From assembly GCA_038212445.1 (NCBI GenBank), contig JBBQUM010000029.1, positions 8,474-72,473 on the forward strand: a stretch of 64,000 nt of DNA, read 5' to 3'. The stretch comes from Bryobacterales bacterium (lineage in GTDB: Bacteria > Acidobacteriota > Terriglobia > Bryobacterales > Bryobacteraceae). Both the position numbers and the translations under genes were made by a program. Each line of letters starts with the position of its first letter. Positions within the stretch are counted from its first letter, which is position 1. The notes beneath the pieces are model-generated. The model saw only the letters and a list, made by a program, of their open reading frames with translations, was not told the DNA's origin and did not search any database. This document shows positions 36,822-46,081 of this stretch, one piece after another.

Positions 36822-39314
36822 CTACTCTCTCACAATCTCAAGATAATCAACTGCTGCGGACTCTCCACTGTCACGCGTCCCCTCGATTCGGATTTCATCG
36901 CCCTGCCTAAGCGCCACTCCGCGAATCACTCGCAAAGTGGACGAAGACGAATCAATGCGGCGCGACGGAAAATGATCGTCCGCCCTCCACTCGTCTACCG
37001 TCTGGCCGGCTACGGAAAGGCGAAAGCGCGACACACCGTCATTCTGATCGAAATACCTGACCCGAATCGTGTACCATCCCGGAGCCATGGCGAATCGCTG
37101 TGTCGCTGAACATGTTCCACTCGTGCACTCAATGGCCTTGGCTCCCGAAGCGGCCTCCCAAGGCGTTACGTACACGATCGCATAGCCCTGAAGCTGCAAC
37201 GACTCAGCTTCTATCCGGCCGGGAAAATTGCCTGCCCTCCCCTTCTGGTCTGCGATTCCCGACGTTTGCAGAAACCATGTACTCACGGCATCGCGCCATT
37301 CGATGGCGTGCCCCGCCTGATATCGCAACTGCGCCAGCACCGCTTCGTAGCGTTGTTGATCCACCGCGCCCGCCAGCCTTTGCCACTGACGAACCCAGCC
37401 CTCTACTTCGGCTGCGCCCTGATAATGCAGATCATAGATCGTCTGGATGATCGTCTTACCCGAGTGGAGCACGTGCGTGTAGGGCAGGTGGTGCATGAAC
37501 AAAACCAGGTCGTCGGGACAGGTCGCCACCGGCTCGTACAGCTTTGCCACCTGCGGCCGATATTGCCCGATGTACCCGGTGCCGGTGGCGGAAGTGCGAT
37601 CCATTCCAGCGCCATGCTCATTCGCACGGTGCCACTGGCCCCAACCGTTGCGCTCCGAGGCTTCCACTGCAGGACCGAAGTGACTGCCGGTAATTGCTGT
37701 CAGTGTCTGCAGCCCCAGCGGACCGGTGTAATTCTCATAGGTCCGCCACGAACTCAGTTGAATCGAACTGATCACTTCGAGCACAGCGGGATCGCTGCCG
37801 AACGTCTGCCGCGTCCACTCGCCGACGATCGCGCGGGAGGAAAGGTCCGGATTCCAGGCCAGCCGTCCATAGGCATACAAGTTCGCCTGCGACAGATGAT
37901 TTCCGAGCCAGTTGTCGTCCATGCCGACGTTTGAGACGCCCACGAAGCCGCCGTGCGGACGGTTGAACGTGCGCCCCGCCACCAGCGCTTTCACGGGCGT
38001 GCCCGCGTGCCCGGCGTGCAAATCGGTGTCCAACGCGTCCTTCCACATCGGCGCCAGGAACACCGTGTGCCGGGCCTGTCCAAAATATTCCTGCGTGATC
38101 TGCAGTTCGATCGCCTGATTGGTCTTCTCCAGTGCGCCGAAGAGCGGAGAAGCCGGTTCGCGCACCTGAAAGTCGATGGGACCGTGCTTGATCTGAATCA
38201 CGACGTTGTCTTCGAACTTGCCGTCGAGCGGTTGGAAGTTGTCGTAGGCAGCCCGTGCGCGATCGTTCTTCGAGTTGCGCCAGTCGAGGTTGTGATCGTA
38301 GACGAAGGCGCGGTAGAACATCAGCCCGCCATGCGGCTTCAACGCGCGTGCCACCGTGTTGGCCGCGTCGGCGTGAGTACGGCCATAAGCGGACGGCCCC
38401 ACTCTGCCCTCAGAGTCGGCCTTCATGACGAACCCGCCCAGATCGGGGACGGCCGCATAAATCTCGTCCACCTTGCTCTTCCACCACGCGGCCACAGCCG
38501 GAAGCGACGGGTCGAAGGTTTCCATCCCACCCACTCTTTTGGGACTTCCAAAGTCCACCGACAGCACCAGGCGGATACCCCACTCGCGGAAGACCGCAGC
38601 CACTCGCGCTACTTGCGGCAGAAACTCCGTGGAAATCACTCTGGGGTTGGCGTTGACGTTGTTAATCGAGCAGCCGTTGATGCCGAGAGAAGCCAGCATA
38701 CGTGCATAGTCCCGCACCCGTGAGAGGTCGGCGCGGATATTGTCCGCTTCGAAGAAAATCGACCGTCCTCCGTAGCCGCGTTCGATCGTGCCGTCGAGAT
38801 TGTCCCAATGATTGATCCAGCGCACCGGTGCGTAGGGCGTTTGCATTTCATTCAGCGAGCCCAGTGGTTCTCGCAGCGAGATCTTCCGCAACAGCGCGAA
38901 CGTCCCGTACAGCACGCCGCGATCGTTTTGCGCAGTGACAACCAGATGCCTGGTTCCGCCAACCATGATCGTCTTGAGAAGGAACGCATCCTCCTTCATA
39001 CTGGCGGGCAACGCCGCGGCCGGCACCAACTTCTTCACCGCAGCCAGCGTCCCCAAAAGGACGGCACTCTCGGAGCGAAGCTGGGTCTCCACTCTCTCCG
39101 TACGCCCCAACATCCCCTTGACACCGCGCAGCAGTTCGCCGCTAGCACTGTCGAGCACCGGCGATTCTCCGGCAGTCACGACGATGGCCGGCAAGGTTCG
39201 CGGTAGATCCGCACCGCCAACCGGCGCGTAACGCAGCCAGGCGTCGTAACCCGTATCAGCTTGCAACGCAGTCAGTGCCGGGAAGGCGAGAACGAGCGCA
39301 CGTATTAAGGTCAT
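36822..39314 (-). CDS. aguA: alpha-glucuronidase (GH67) with C-terminal CBM-like beta-sandwich extension
   Basis: Signal peptide then DTGYDAWLRY, GINGCSINNVNA, the GH67 core, and an extra about 130 aa (GRIEAESLQLQGY...VDYLEIV). Start set to ATG 39314. Confidence 0.9.
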   Translation of the reverse strand: MTLIRALVLAFPALTALQADTGYDAWLRYAPVGGADLPRTLPAIVVTAGESPVLDSASGELLRGVKGMLGRTERVETQLRSESAVLLGTLAAVKKLVPAAALPASMKEDAFLLKTIMVGGTRHLVVTAQNDRGVLYGTFALLRKISLREPLGSLNEMQTPYAPVRWINHWDNLDGTIERGYGGRSIFFEADNIRADLSRVRDYARMLASLGINGCSINNVNANPRVISTEFLPQVARVAAVFREWGIRLVLSVDFGSPKRVGGMETFDPSLPAVAAWWKSKVDEIYAAVPDLGGFVMKADSEGRVGPSAYGRTHADAANTVARALKPHGGLMFYRAFVYDHNLDWRNSKNDRARAAYDNFQPLDGKFEDNVVIQIKHGPIDFQVREPASPLFGALEKTNQAIELQITQEYFGQARHTVFLAPMWKDALDTDLHAGHAGTPVKALVAGRTFNRPHGGFVGVSNVGMDDNWLGNHLSQANLYAYGRLAWNPDLSSRAIVGEWTRQTFGSDPAVLEVISSIQLSSWRTYENYTGPLGLQTLTAITGSHFGPAVEASERNGWGQWHRANEHGAGMDRTSATGTGYIGQYRPQVAKLYEPVATCPDDLVLFMHHLPYTHVLHSGKTIIQTIYDLHYQGAAEVEGWVRQWQRLAGAVDQQRYEAVLAQLRYQAGHAIEWRDAVSTWFLQTSGIADQKGRAGNFPGRIEAESLQLQGYAIVYVTPWEAASGAKAIECTSGTCSATQRFAMAPGWYTIRVRYFDQNDGVSRFRLSVAGQTVDEWRADDHFPSRRIDSSSSTLRVIRGVALRQGDEIRIEGTRDSGESAAVDYLEIVRE

Positions 39315-39319
39315 GGAAT

Positions 39320-40117
39320 TTAGCAGTTGACGCCTGATGCCAGAAAACCACCGTCGACGGTGATGCATTGACCTGTGATATAGCTCGCCGCATCCGACGC
39401 CAGCAGTACGGCGGCGCCCGCAAGCTCTTCGGGACGGCCAAATCGCCCGGCCGGCGTACGCCCGAGCAATTCCTTCCCCCGCGGCGTATTCAAAACCAGG
39501 TCGCGATTCAATTCGGTAGGGAACACTCCCGGCGCAATCGCATTCACGCAAATGCCGTCGCGAGCCCATTCCACCCCGAGACTTCGCGTGAGCGACAACA
39601 CTCCTGCTTTCGACGCACAGTAAGCCGCCACATCACGGAACGCTACGAAAGAACTGAGCGAGGCGATGTTGATCACGCGCCCTCGCCCACTGGCCTTTAA
39701 GGCCGGGTGGAATTCCTGGCAGGCGCGCAGCATCCCGGTCAGATTCGAATCCTGAAGCCCCGCCCATTCCGCCTCGCTCACCTCGAGCGTCGGCTTTCGA
39801 AATGTCTGGCCGGCGGCGTTGACCAGGATGTCCACACGGCCGAAGCCGGCGATCACCGCATTCAGCAGAGCATGGATCGACTCACGATTCGTAACGTCCA
39901 CCGGATACCGTAAAGTTCTCCTGCCGGCAGCCTCGATTTCATCGCACGCCTGATTGACGGCATCGCTGCGGCGTCCGCTCGGAGTGACGTGCGCGCCGGC
40001 GGACGCCAATCCCGCGGCGATCGCCCGGCCTAGGCCCGAAGTTCCACCAATCACTACCGCCACACGATCGGTCAGGTCCAGGCTGGGGTGCACTCGGTTA
40101 ATCCTAAGCCACAACAA
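39320..40117 (-). CDS. SDR family oxidoreductase (KduD/gluconate 5-dehydrogenase-like)
   Basis: VVIGGTSGLG, NAAG and the YCASKAG catalytic YxxxK. Start uncertain (TTG 40117 or GTG 40093). Confidence 0.85.
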   Translation of the reverse strand: MLWLRINRVHPSLDLTDRVAVVIGGTSGLGRAIAAGLASAGAHVTPSGRRSDAVNQACDEIEAAGRRTLRYPVDVTNRESIHALLNAVIAGFGRVDILVNAAGQTFRKPTLEVSEAEWAGLQDSNLTGMLRACQEFHPALKASGRGRVINIASLSSFVAFRDVAAYCASKAGVLSLTRSLGVEWARDGICVNAIAPGVFPTELNRDLVLNTPRGKELLGRTPAGRFGRPEELAGAAVLLASDAASYITGQCITVDGGFLASGVNC

Positions 40118-40212
40118 TATCGAACTTGAGAGGTTTTTTCCAGAAGCACCGCAATCCTATGTCAGCAGCCGAGTTGCTCGTGTCTGACCTTCCCGGCTAA
40201 TACCCGGCATGC

Positions 40213-40240
40213 TTGACTTTCTGAACCGATTGTTTATATT
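40213..40240 (+). promoter_or_regulatory. sigma70-type promoter candidate for the TonB-receptor gene
   Basis: TTGACT (40213-40218), 16-nt spacer, TATATT (40235-40240). AGGAGG RBS at 40268-40273. Confidence 0.45.
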
Positions 40241-40262
40241 TAATTTGATCGCCAAACAATCG
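40227..40262. promoter_or_regulatory. inverted repeat CGATTGTTT-N18-AAACAATCG overlapping the -10, candidate operator (ROK/XylR-like half sites)
   Basis: Read directly. The TTGTTT/AAACAA half sites resemble Bacillus xyl operator cores. Confidence 0.35.
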
Positions 40263-40280
40263 ATCTTCAGGAGGTCTTCC

Positions 40281-43200
40281 ATGAGTAAGAGAGGCAGTTC
40301 TCCGATCTTCCATGTTGGAATCGCAGCTCTCGTATTCTGCAGTATCTTCCAGAGCGCCAGTGCGCAGGTGCTCTATGGCTCGTTGACTGGAAACATCACC
40401 GACCCAAGTAATCTCGCGGTGCCGAATGCAAAAGTTGAAGCTTTCAACATTGGCACCGGTTCAACCAGGCAGGCCGCCACTGACGAGCGTGGCAGCTTTC
40501 TGCTCAGTAATCTTGCGATAGGCGACTACCGCGTAACCATCGTTGTCCCGTCCTTCAAGACTGTGGAACAGAACAATGTTCGAGTTACCGCCAATGATGT
40601 CAGGCGCATCGACATTCAGATGCAGATCGCATCCACTGTTGAAACGATTCACGTCGACGCCTCAGTCCTTACACTTCAAACCGATAAGGGCGACGTCCAC
40701 GCCGAACTCACCACCAAAGACATTTCGGAACTTCCCTACAACGGCGGACAGGGCCGCAACTTCCAGAGTCTGCTCTACCTGATTCCGGGCGCCGGCATCC
40801 CCGCCACTCCAGAAGCAAACAGCGACGCCGGCAATCCGCAGCGTGCCCAAACGCTGTTCATGAACGGCGTCTCGTCCACCAGTAACAGCACCAAGCTGGA
40901 CGGCGCCACTATTTCGTATCCTTGGCTGCCTGTGAACGTAGCCTACATCCCGCCGTCGGATGCAATCGAAGTGGTGAACGTCGTCACCAACTCCTTCGAC
41001 GCCGAACAAGGTGCCGCCGGCGGCGCCGCTGTGAACGTCACCATCAAATCCGGTACTAACGACCTGCATGGCGTCCTGTTCGAGCGGAATCAGAACAACA
41101 ACATGACCGCTGTGAACTATTTCAGTCACTCCAGCCCGCTCAACAAGAACATCTTCAACCAGTTTGGATTCGCGGTCGGTGGACCCGTGTACATCCCCAA
41201 GATCATTCACGGCCGCAACAAATTATTCTTCTTCGCCGACTGGCAGGGCACACGCCGCAGCCAGTACGCGTCCACCGCAAATCTGACGCTGCCGAGCGCA
41301 GCCATGCGCGGAGGAGACTTCAGTGCTACTGGCGCAACCATTTATGACCCGTTGACCGGCAATATCGACGGCACCGGACGCACGCCGTTCGTCAACAACG
41401 CTATTCCGACCAATCGCATTGATCCCGCGTCGGCTACCCTCGCCGGCCTGCTGCCCGCTCTCACCCGCAATGTCGCCACCAGCAACTACGACGCGTTCGG
41501 TTCCTACACCTTCAATCGCGACAATTGGGACTTCAAGACCAACTACAATCCCAGCGACAAATTGATGATCTGGGGCCGCTATAGCTTCTCGCCCATGGAC
41601 ATCGTCGCCCCCTTCGTCCTGGGCAAGGCTGCCGGCGACGTCTTCAACGGCGGCAATCCCGGACATGCCGGAGGCCGTGTCCAAACCACCGGCATCGGCT
41701 TCACCTATACTCTGTCACCCACCCTGCTGCTGGACGGCAACGCCGGCTACACGCGCCAAAACATCGGCGCCAGCGGTGATCCGGAGGACGGCTTCTTTGG
41801 ACTCGACGTATTGAAGATTCCAGGCACCAACGGCGTCGGCGAAAACTACAAAGGCATCCCCGGCTTCCAAGTCGCCGGCATGTCCAACATCGGCAACACC
41901 AATACCGGCAGCCCTTTCCAATTTCGTGACAACCAGTACACCACTGCGTACAACGTCAGCAAGATAAAAGGCGCGCATAGCCTGCGCTTCGGCTTCCAGT
42001 ACGATCACTACGCGCTAAACCACTTCCAACCGCAGGGCGGTACGTTCGGCACGGCACGCGGGACGTTCGGCTTCGACGGCACCCTGACTGCCCTCAAGGG
42101 CGGCGCCACTGTCAGCCTTCCCAACAACTCCTGGGCGCAGTTCCTGCTTGGCTTTCCTTCACGCGCCGGCAAGATCACTCAGTTCCAGAATCCCAACGCC
42201 CTGCGCTTCTCCGACTACGCGTTTTACGCGCGCGACCAGTGGCAGGTTACCAAGAACCTCACGCTCAACTATGGTCTCCGCTGGGAATACTACCCGATCT
42301 TCTCGCACGACCATTACGGCGCTGTCCGTTTCGATCCGGCGACGGACAACATTCTAATCGGCGGCGAAGGCGGCGTTCCGTGGGACACCGGCGCCAGCGC
42401 CAACAAGAAGAACTTCGCGCCCCGCTTCGGCCTGGCCTACCGCCTCGGTCCCAAGACCGTCATCCGCACCGGCTACGGCATCACGGTGGATCCCGACAAC
42501 ATGCGCAATCAGCGCAACGCCTATCCGTCGGTGGTCAACCAGGATTTCTCGCCCGCCAACACCTACCAGTTCATTACCTATAACGGCGTGCCTCAGGTTT
42601 CCCTGCGAACCGGTTTGCCCGCGCCCAACTTCCCCGACATCACCCTGGGCACGATTAAGCCATCCGCCACGCCGTCACCCGGAACCTACCTGCCTGGCAC
42701 CGGCACGGCCACGTTCCCGCAATATCTCAACCGCGGCTATATCCAGAGCTGGAATTTCTTCATCCAGCGGGAATTCGCGCAGTCACTCGTGGCCGAAATC
42801 GGCTACGCCGGAACGCATGCCGTGCATACCATGCAGGCGGTCAACATCAACGCCTCGGCCCCTGGAACCGGCACTGCGGGACGTCAACTCTATCCCTATG
42901 TCACCAGCGACCTCAACTCCTACACGCCGTTCGGCAGCCAGAAATACAACGGACTCCAGAGCCAGTTGAAGAAACGCATCGGCTGGTCTACCATCGCCGT
43001 CAGCTATACGTTCGCCAAGGCCTTGAACGTCGGTGACAACGGTGACGCGGCACTCTTCCGCGCGTTCCCTGTCGCCACCTCTCTCAACAAAGGACTCGCC
43101 GGTTTCGACCGTACCCACACCCTCCAGATCAGCCATTACTATATGCTGCCGTTCGGCAAGGGACACGCGTGGTTGAACAAGGGAATCGCCGCGCATATCT

Positions 43201-43688
43201 TCGGCGGCTTCCAGGTGGGCGGCATTCTAAGCCGCTTCAGCGGACTCCCCTTCACCGTCAACGCTCCCAATAGCTCACTCAATGCGTTCGGACAAACTCA
43301 GACGGCTGACCAGGTGCTTTCGAACGTCGCCATTTCCGGCGGTCACGACCCCAATACGCCGTACTTTGACCCCACCGCCTTTGGCGCCGTCACCACTGCC
43401 CGCCTCGGCACCAGCGGACGCAATATTCTCCGCGGCCCTGGCTTCTTCACGATGAATGAGAGCGTCTCCCGGAACTTTGAATTCAAGGACGGGAAACTGA
43501 AGCTGCAATTCCTCGGCGAAGCATTCAACCTCACCAACACACCCTCGTTCTCCAATCCCCAGGCAACTTGGGCTGCTCCGACATTGAACGCCGACGGCAG
43601 CGTCAAGAGCTACAACAACTACAGCGTGATCACCGGGACCGCCTCAACTGCACGGCAATTGCAGGTGGGTGCCAAGATCACTTTCTAA
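40281..43688 (+). CDS. TonB-dependent receptor with N-terminal carboxypeptidase-regulatory-like domain
   Basis: Signal peptide, then GSLTGNITDPSNLAVPNAKVEA...GDYRVTIV (CarboxypepD_reg), a plug and a long beta-barrel ending in aromatic ...GAKITF. Start set to ATG 40281. Confidence 0.85.
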   Translation: MSKRGSSPIFHVGIAALVFCSIFQSASAQVLYGSLTGNITDPSNLAVPNAKVEAFNIGTGSTRQAATDERGSFLLSNLAIGDYRVTIVVPSFKTVEQNNVRVTANDVRRIDIQMQIASTVETIHVDASVLTLQTDKGDVHAELTTKDISELPYNGGQGRNFQSLLYLIPGAGIPATPEANSDAGNPQRAQTLFMNGVSSTSNSTKLDGATISYPWLPVNVAYIPPSDAIEVVNVVTNSFDAEQGAAGGAAVNVTIKSGTNDLHGVLFERNQNNNMTAVNYFSHSSPLNKNIFNQFGFAVGGPVYIPKIIHGRNKLFFFADWQGTRRSQYASTANLTLPSAAMRGGDFSATGATIYDPLTGNIDGTGRTPFVNNAIPTNRIDPASATLAGLLPALTRNVATSNYDAFGSYTFNRDNWDFKTNYNPSDKLMIWGRYSFSPMDIVAPFVLGKAAGDVFNGGNPGHAGGRVQTTGIGFTYTLSPTLLLDGNAGYTRQNIGASGDPEDGFFGLDVLKIPGTNGVGENYKGIPGFQVAGMSNIGNTNTGSPFQFRDNQYTTAYNVSKIKGAHSLRFGFQYDHYALNHFQPQGGTFGTARGTFGFDGTLTALKGGATVSLPNNSWAQFLLGFPSRAGKITQFQNPNALRFSDYAFYARDQWQVTKNLTLNYGLRWEYYPIFSHDHYGAVRFDPATDNILIGGEGGVPWDTGASANKKNFAPRFGLAYRLGPKTVIRTGYGITVDPDNMRNQRNAYPSVVNQDFSPANTYQFITYNGVPQVSLRTGLPAPNFPDITLGTIKPSATPSPGTYLPGTGTATFPQYLNRGYIQSWNFFIQREFAQSLVAEIGYAGTHAVHTMQAVNINASAPGTGTAGRQLYPYVTSDLNSYTPFGSQKYNGLQSQLKKRIGWSTIAVSYTFAKALNVGDNGDAALFRAFPVATSLNKGLAGFDRTHTLQISHYYMLPFGKGHAWLNKGIAAHIFGGFQVGGILSRFSGLPFTVNAPNSSLNAFGQTQTADQVLSNVAISGGHDPNTPYFDPTAFGAVTTARLGTSGRNILRGPGFFTMNESVSRNFEFKDGKLKLQFLGEAFNLTNTPSFSNPQATWAAPTLNADGSVKSYNNYSVITGTASTARQLQVGAKITF

Positions 43689-43712
43689 AACCGTCCGCCT
43701 GAGTCCTGAAGC

Positions 43713-43747
43713 GCCGGCCTCCAAAGCTGTACGAGGCCGGCTCCTTT
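43713..43747 (+). terminator. intrinsic terminator candidate (weak U tract)
   Basis: GCCGGCCTC-11 nt-GAGGCCGGC followed by tccTTTg. Confidence 0.5.
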
Positions 43748-43749
43748 GA

Positions 43750-43772
43750 TATAGTTGGCTCCGGCAACTATA
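43750..43772. promoter_or_regulatory. inverted repeat TATAGTTG-N7-CAACTATA immediately upstream of the GH3 start
   Basis: Read directly. Ends 8 nt before ATG 43780. Confidence 0.3.
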
Positions 43773-43779
43773 GCCCTCC

Positions 43780-46080
43780 ATGGCGATCATTTCTTCTCCG
43801 GTTCCGTACCGAAACCAAAAACTGCCCCCTCAGCGACGCGCAAAGGACCTGCTGTCGCGCATGACACTCGAGGAGAAAGCGGCGCAGATGACCTGCGTCT
43901 GGCAGCAGAAATCCGAAACTCTCGTGGACGCAGATGGCAACTTCGATGAAGCCAAGGCCCGCCGCGCGTACCGCAAAGGGCATGGCCTCGGCCATGTTGG
44001 CCGTCCCAGCGACGCCGGCAAAGGTCTCAACGCTCAGCGCAACGCCGAACTGACCAACGCAATCCAGAAATTCTTCATCGAGAACAGCCGTCTCGGAATC
44101 CCCGTCATCTTTCATGAAGAATGCCTCCATGGACACGCCGCGGTGGACGGCACGAGCTTTCCGCAACCCATTGCACTAGGCGGTACGTTCAATCCCGAAC
44201 TCGTCGAATCACTCTATGCGATGACGGCGGCCGAGGCGCGTCTGCGCGGTACGCATCAGGCGCTCACGCCCGTCGTCGACGTTGCCCGCGACCCTCGTTG
44301 GGGCCGCGTCGAAGAGACGTTCGGCGAGGATCCTTATCTCGTCTCGCGGATGGGCATTGCTGCCGTGCGCGGCTTCCAGGGCGATGCGACTTTCCGCGAT
44401 AAGCGTCACGTCATCGCAACTCTCAAGCATTTCGCGGCTCACGGCCAGCCTGAATCCGGCATGAATTGCGCGCCCGCCAACGTGTCGATGAGGGTGCTGC
44501 GCGAGACTTTTCTTTATCCCTTCCGCGCCGCTATTCAGGAGGCCGGCGTCATCAGTGTGATGCCGTCGTACAACGAGATTGACGGAGTCCCTTCGCATGC
44601 CAGCCGCTGGCTTCTCCGCGACGTCCTGCGCAAGGAGTGGGGCTTCAAAGGCTTCACTGTTTCCGACTACTACGCCATTTGGGAACTCGGCTACCGTCCC
44701 GACACACACGGTCATTTCGTGGCAAAGGACAAGCGCGAAGCCTGCGCTCTCGCCGTCGAGGCCGGTGTCAACATCGAGTTTCCTGAACCCGACTGCTACC
44801 TCCATCTCGTCGAACTCGTCCGCAAAGGCCGCATCACTGAGAAGCAGATCGACGATCTGGTGCTCCCAATGCTGCATTGGAAGTTCGCCATGGGGCTGTT
44901 CGACGATCCCTACGTCGATCCGGCCGAAGCGGAGCGCGTCGCCGGTTGCAGCGAGCATCGCGCGCTGGCGTTGAAAGCCGCCGAGGAGTCGATCACGCTT
45001 TTGAAGAACGACGGTCCGCTACTGCCGCTCGCGGCTGACTCGCTGAAGACCATTGCTGTCATCGGGCCTAACGGGAATCGCAGCATGCTCGGCGGCTACA
45101 GCGGAGTGCCCAAGCACGATTCCACGCTCGTGGATGGCATTCGCGATGCTGTGGGTCCGCGCGTTAAGGTGCTGTTTAATGAAGGCTGCAAAATTACCAT
45201 TGGCGGCTCCTGGCAGCAGGACGAAGTCACGCCGTCCGATCCCGCCGCCGACCGCCAGCAGATCGCGGACGCCGTGAAGACGGCTCGCCGTGCCGATGTC
45301 GTCATCCTCGCAATTGGCGGCAACGAGCAGACGTCCCGCGAAGCATGGTCCCTCAAGCATATGGGCGATCGCGCGACGCTCGACCTTCCCGGCCTCCAGC
45401 AGGAACTCGTGGACGCCGTTGTCGCCACCGGCAAACCGGTGGTCGCGGTCCTGTTCAATGGCGCCCCGCTCTCCATCAACGCGCTCAGCCGCGACGTTCC
45501 CGCGATTCTCGAGTGCTGGTATCTCGGCCAGGAATCGGCTCAGGCAATCGCAGGTGTGCTCTTTGGAAACGTGAACCCGGGCGGCAAACTTCCCATCTCC
45601 ATTCCTCGGTCCGCTGGGCATATCCCGGCCTACTATAACTACAAGCCGTCGGCGCGCCGCGGCTATCTGTTTGACGACGCCACCGCGCTCTATCCGTTCG
45701 GATTCGGCCTCAGCTACACCAGCTTCAGCATCGCCAATGTCCGGCTGTCAAAACAGCGAATTCGCACCGGCCACAGCACGCAGGCGCTGGTCGAACTGAC
45801 CAATACGGGCGATCGCGCCGGCAGCGAAGTCGTGCAGATGTACATTCGCGATGTTGTGAGCAGCGCCACTCGCCCGGTGAAGGAATTGAAAGCTTTCAAA
45901 CGAGTGTTTCTCGAGCCCGGCGAGACACAAACCATCGCGCTCGATATCACCCCGCAATCGCTCGCTTTCTACAATGTCGACATGCGCGAGGTTGTCGAAC
46001 CGGGCGACTTCGAAGTCATGATCGGCAATTCCTCCCGCGACGCCGACCTCAAAAAAATGATCCTCCGAGTGGACAAATAA
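43780..46080 (+). CDS. GH3 family beta-glucosidase/beta-xylosidase
   Basis: GRVEETFGEDPYL, KHFAAHG, SDY nucleophile region (FTVSDY), and a C-terminal fibronectin-like domain. Confidence 0.9.
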   Translation: MAIISSPVPYRNQKLPPQRRAKDLLSRMTLEEKAAQMTCVWQQKSETLVDADGNFDEAKARRAYRKGHGLGHVGRPSDAGKGLNAQRNAELTNAIQKFFIENSRLGIPVIFHEECLHGHAAVDGTSFPQPIALGGTFNPELVESLYAMTAAEARLRGTHQALTPVVDVARDPRWGRVEETFGEDPYLVSRMGIAAVRGFQGDATFRDKRHVIATLKHFAAHGQPESGMNCAPANVSMRVLRETFLYPFRAAIQEAGVISVMPSYNEIDGVPSHASRWLLRDVLRKEWGFKGFTVSDYYAIWELGYRPDTHGHFVAKDKREACALAVEAGVNIEFPEPDCYLHLVELVRKGRITEKQIDDLVLPMLHWKFAMGLFDDPYVDPAEAERVAGCSEHRALALKAAEESITLLKNDGPLLPLAADSLKTIAVIGPNGNRSMLGGYSGVPKHDSTLVDGIRDAVGPRVKVLFNEGCKITIGGSWQQDEVTPSDPAADRQQIADAVKTARRADVVILAIGGNEQTSREAWSLKHMGDRATLDLPGLQQELVDAVVATGKPVVAVLFNGAPLSINALSRDVPAILECWYLGQESAQAIAGVLFGNVNPGGKLPISIPRSAGHIPAYYNYKPSARRGYLFDDATALYPFGFGLSYTSFSIANVRLSKQRIRTGHSTQALVELTNTGDRAGSEVVQMYIRDVVSSATRPVKELKAFKRVFLEPGETQTIALDITPQSLAFYNVDMREVVEPGDFEVMIGNSSRDADLKKMILRVDK

Positions 46081-46081
46081 C

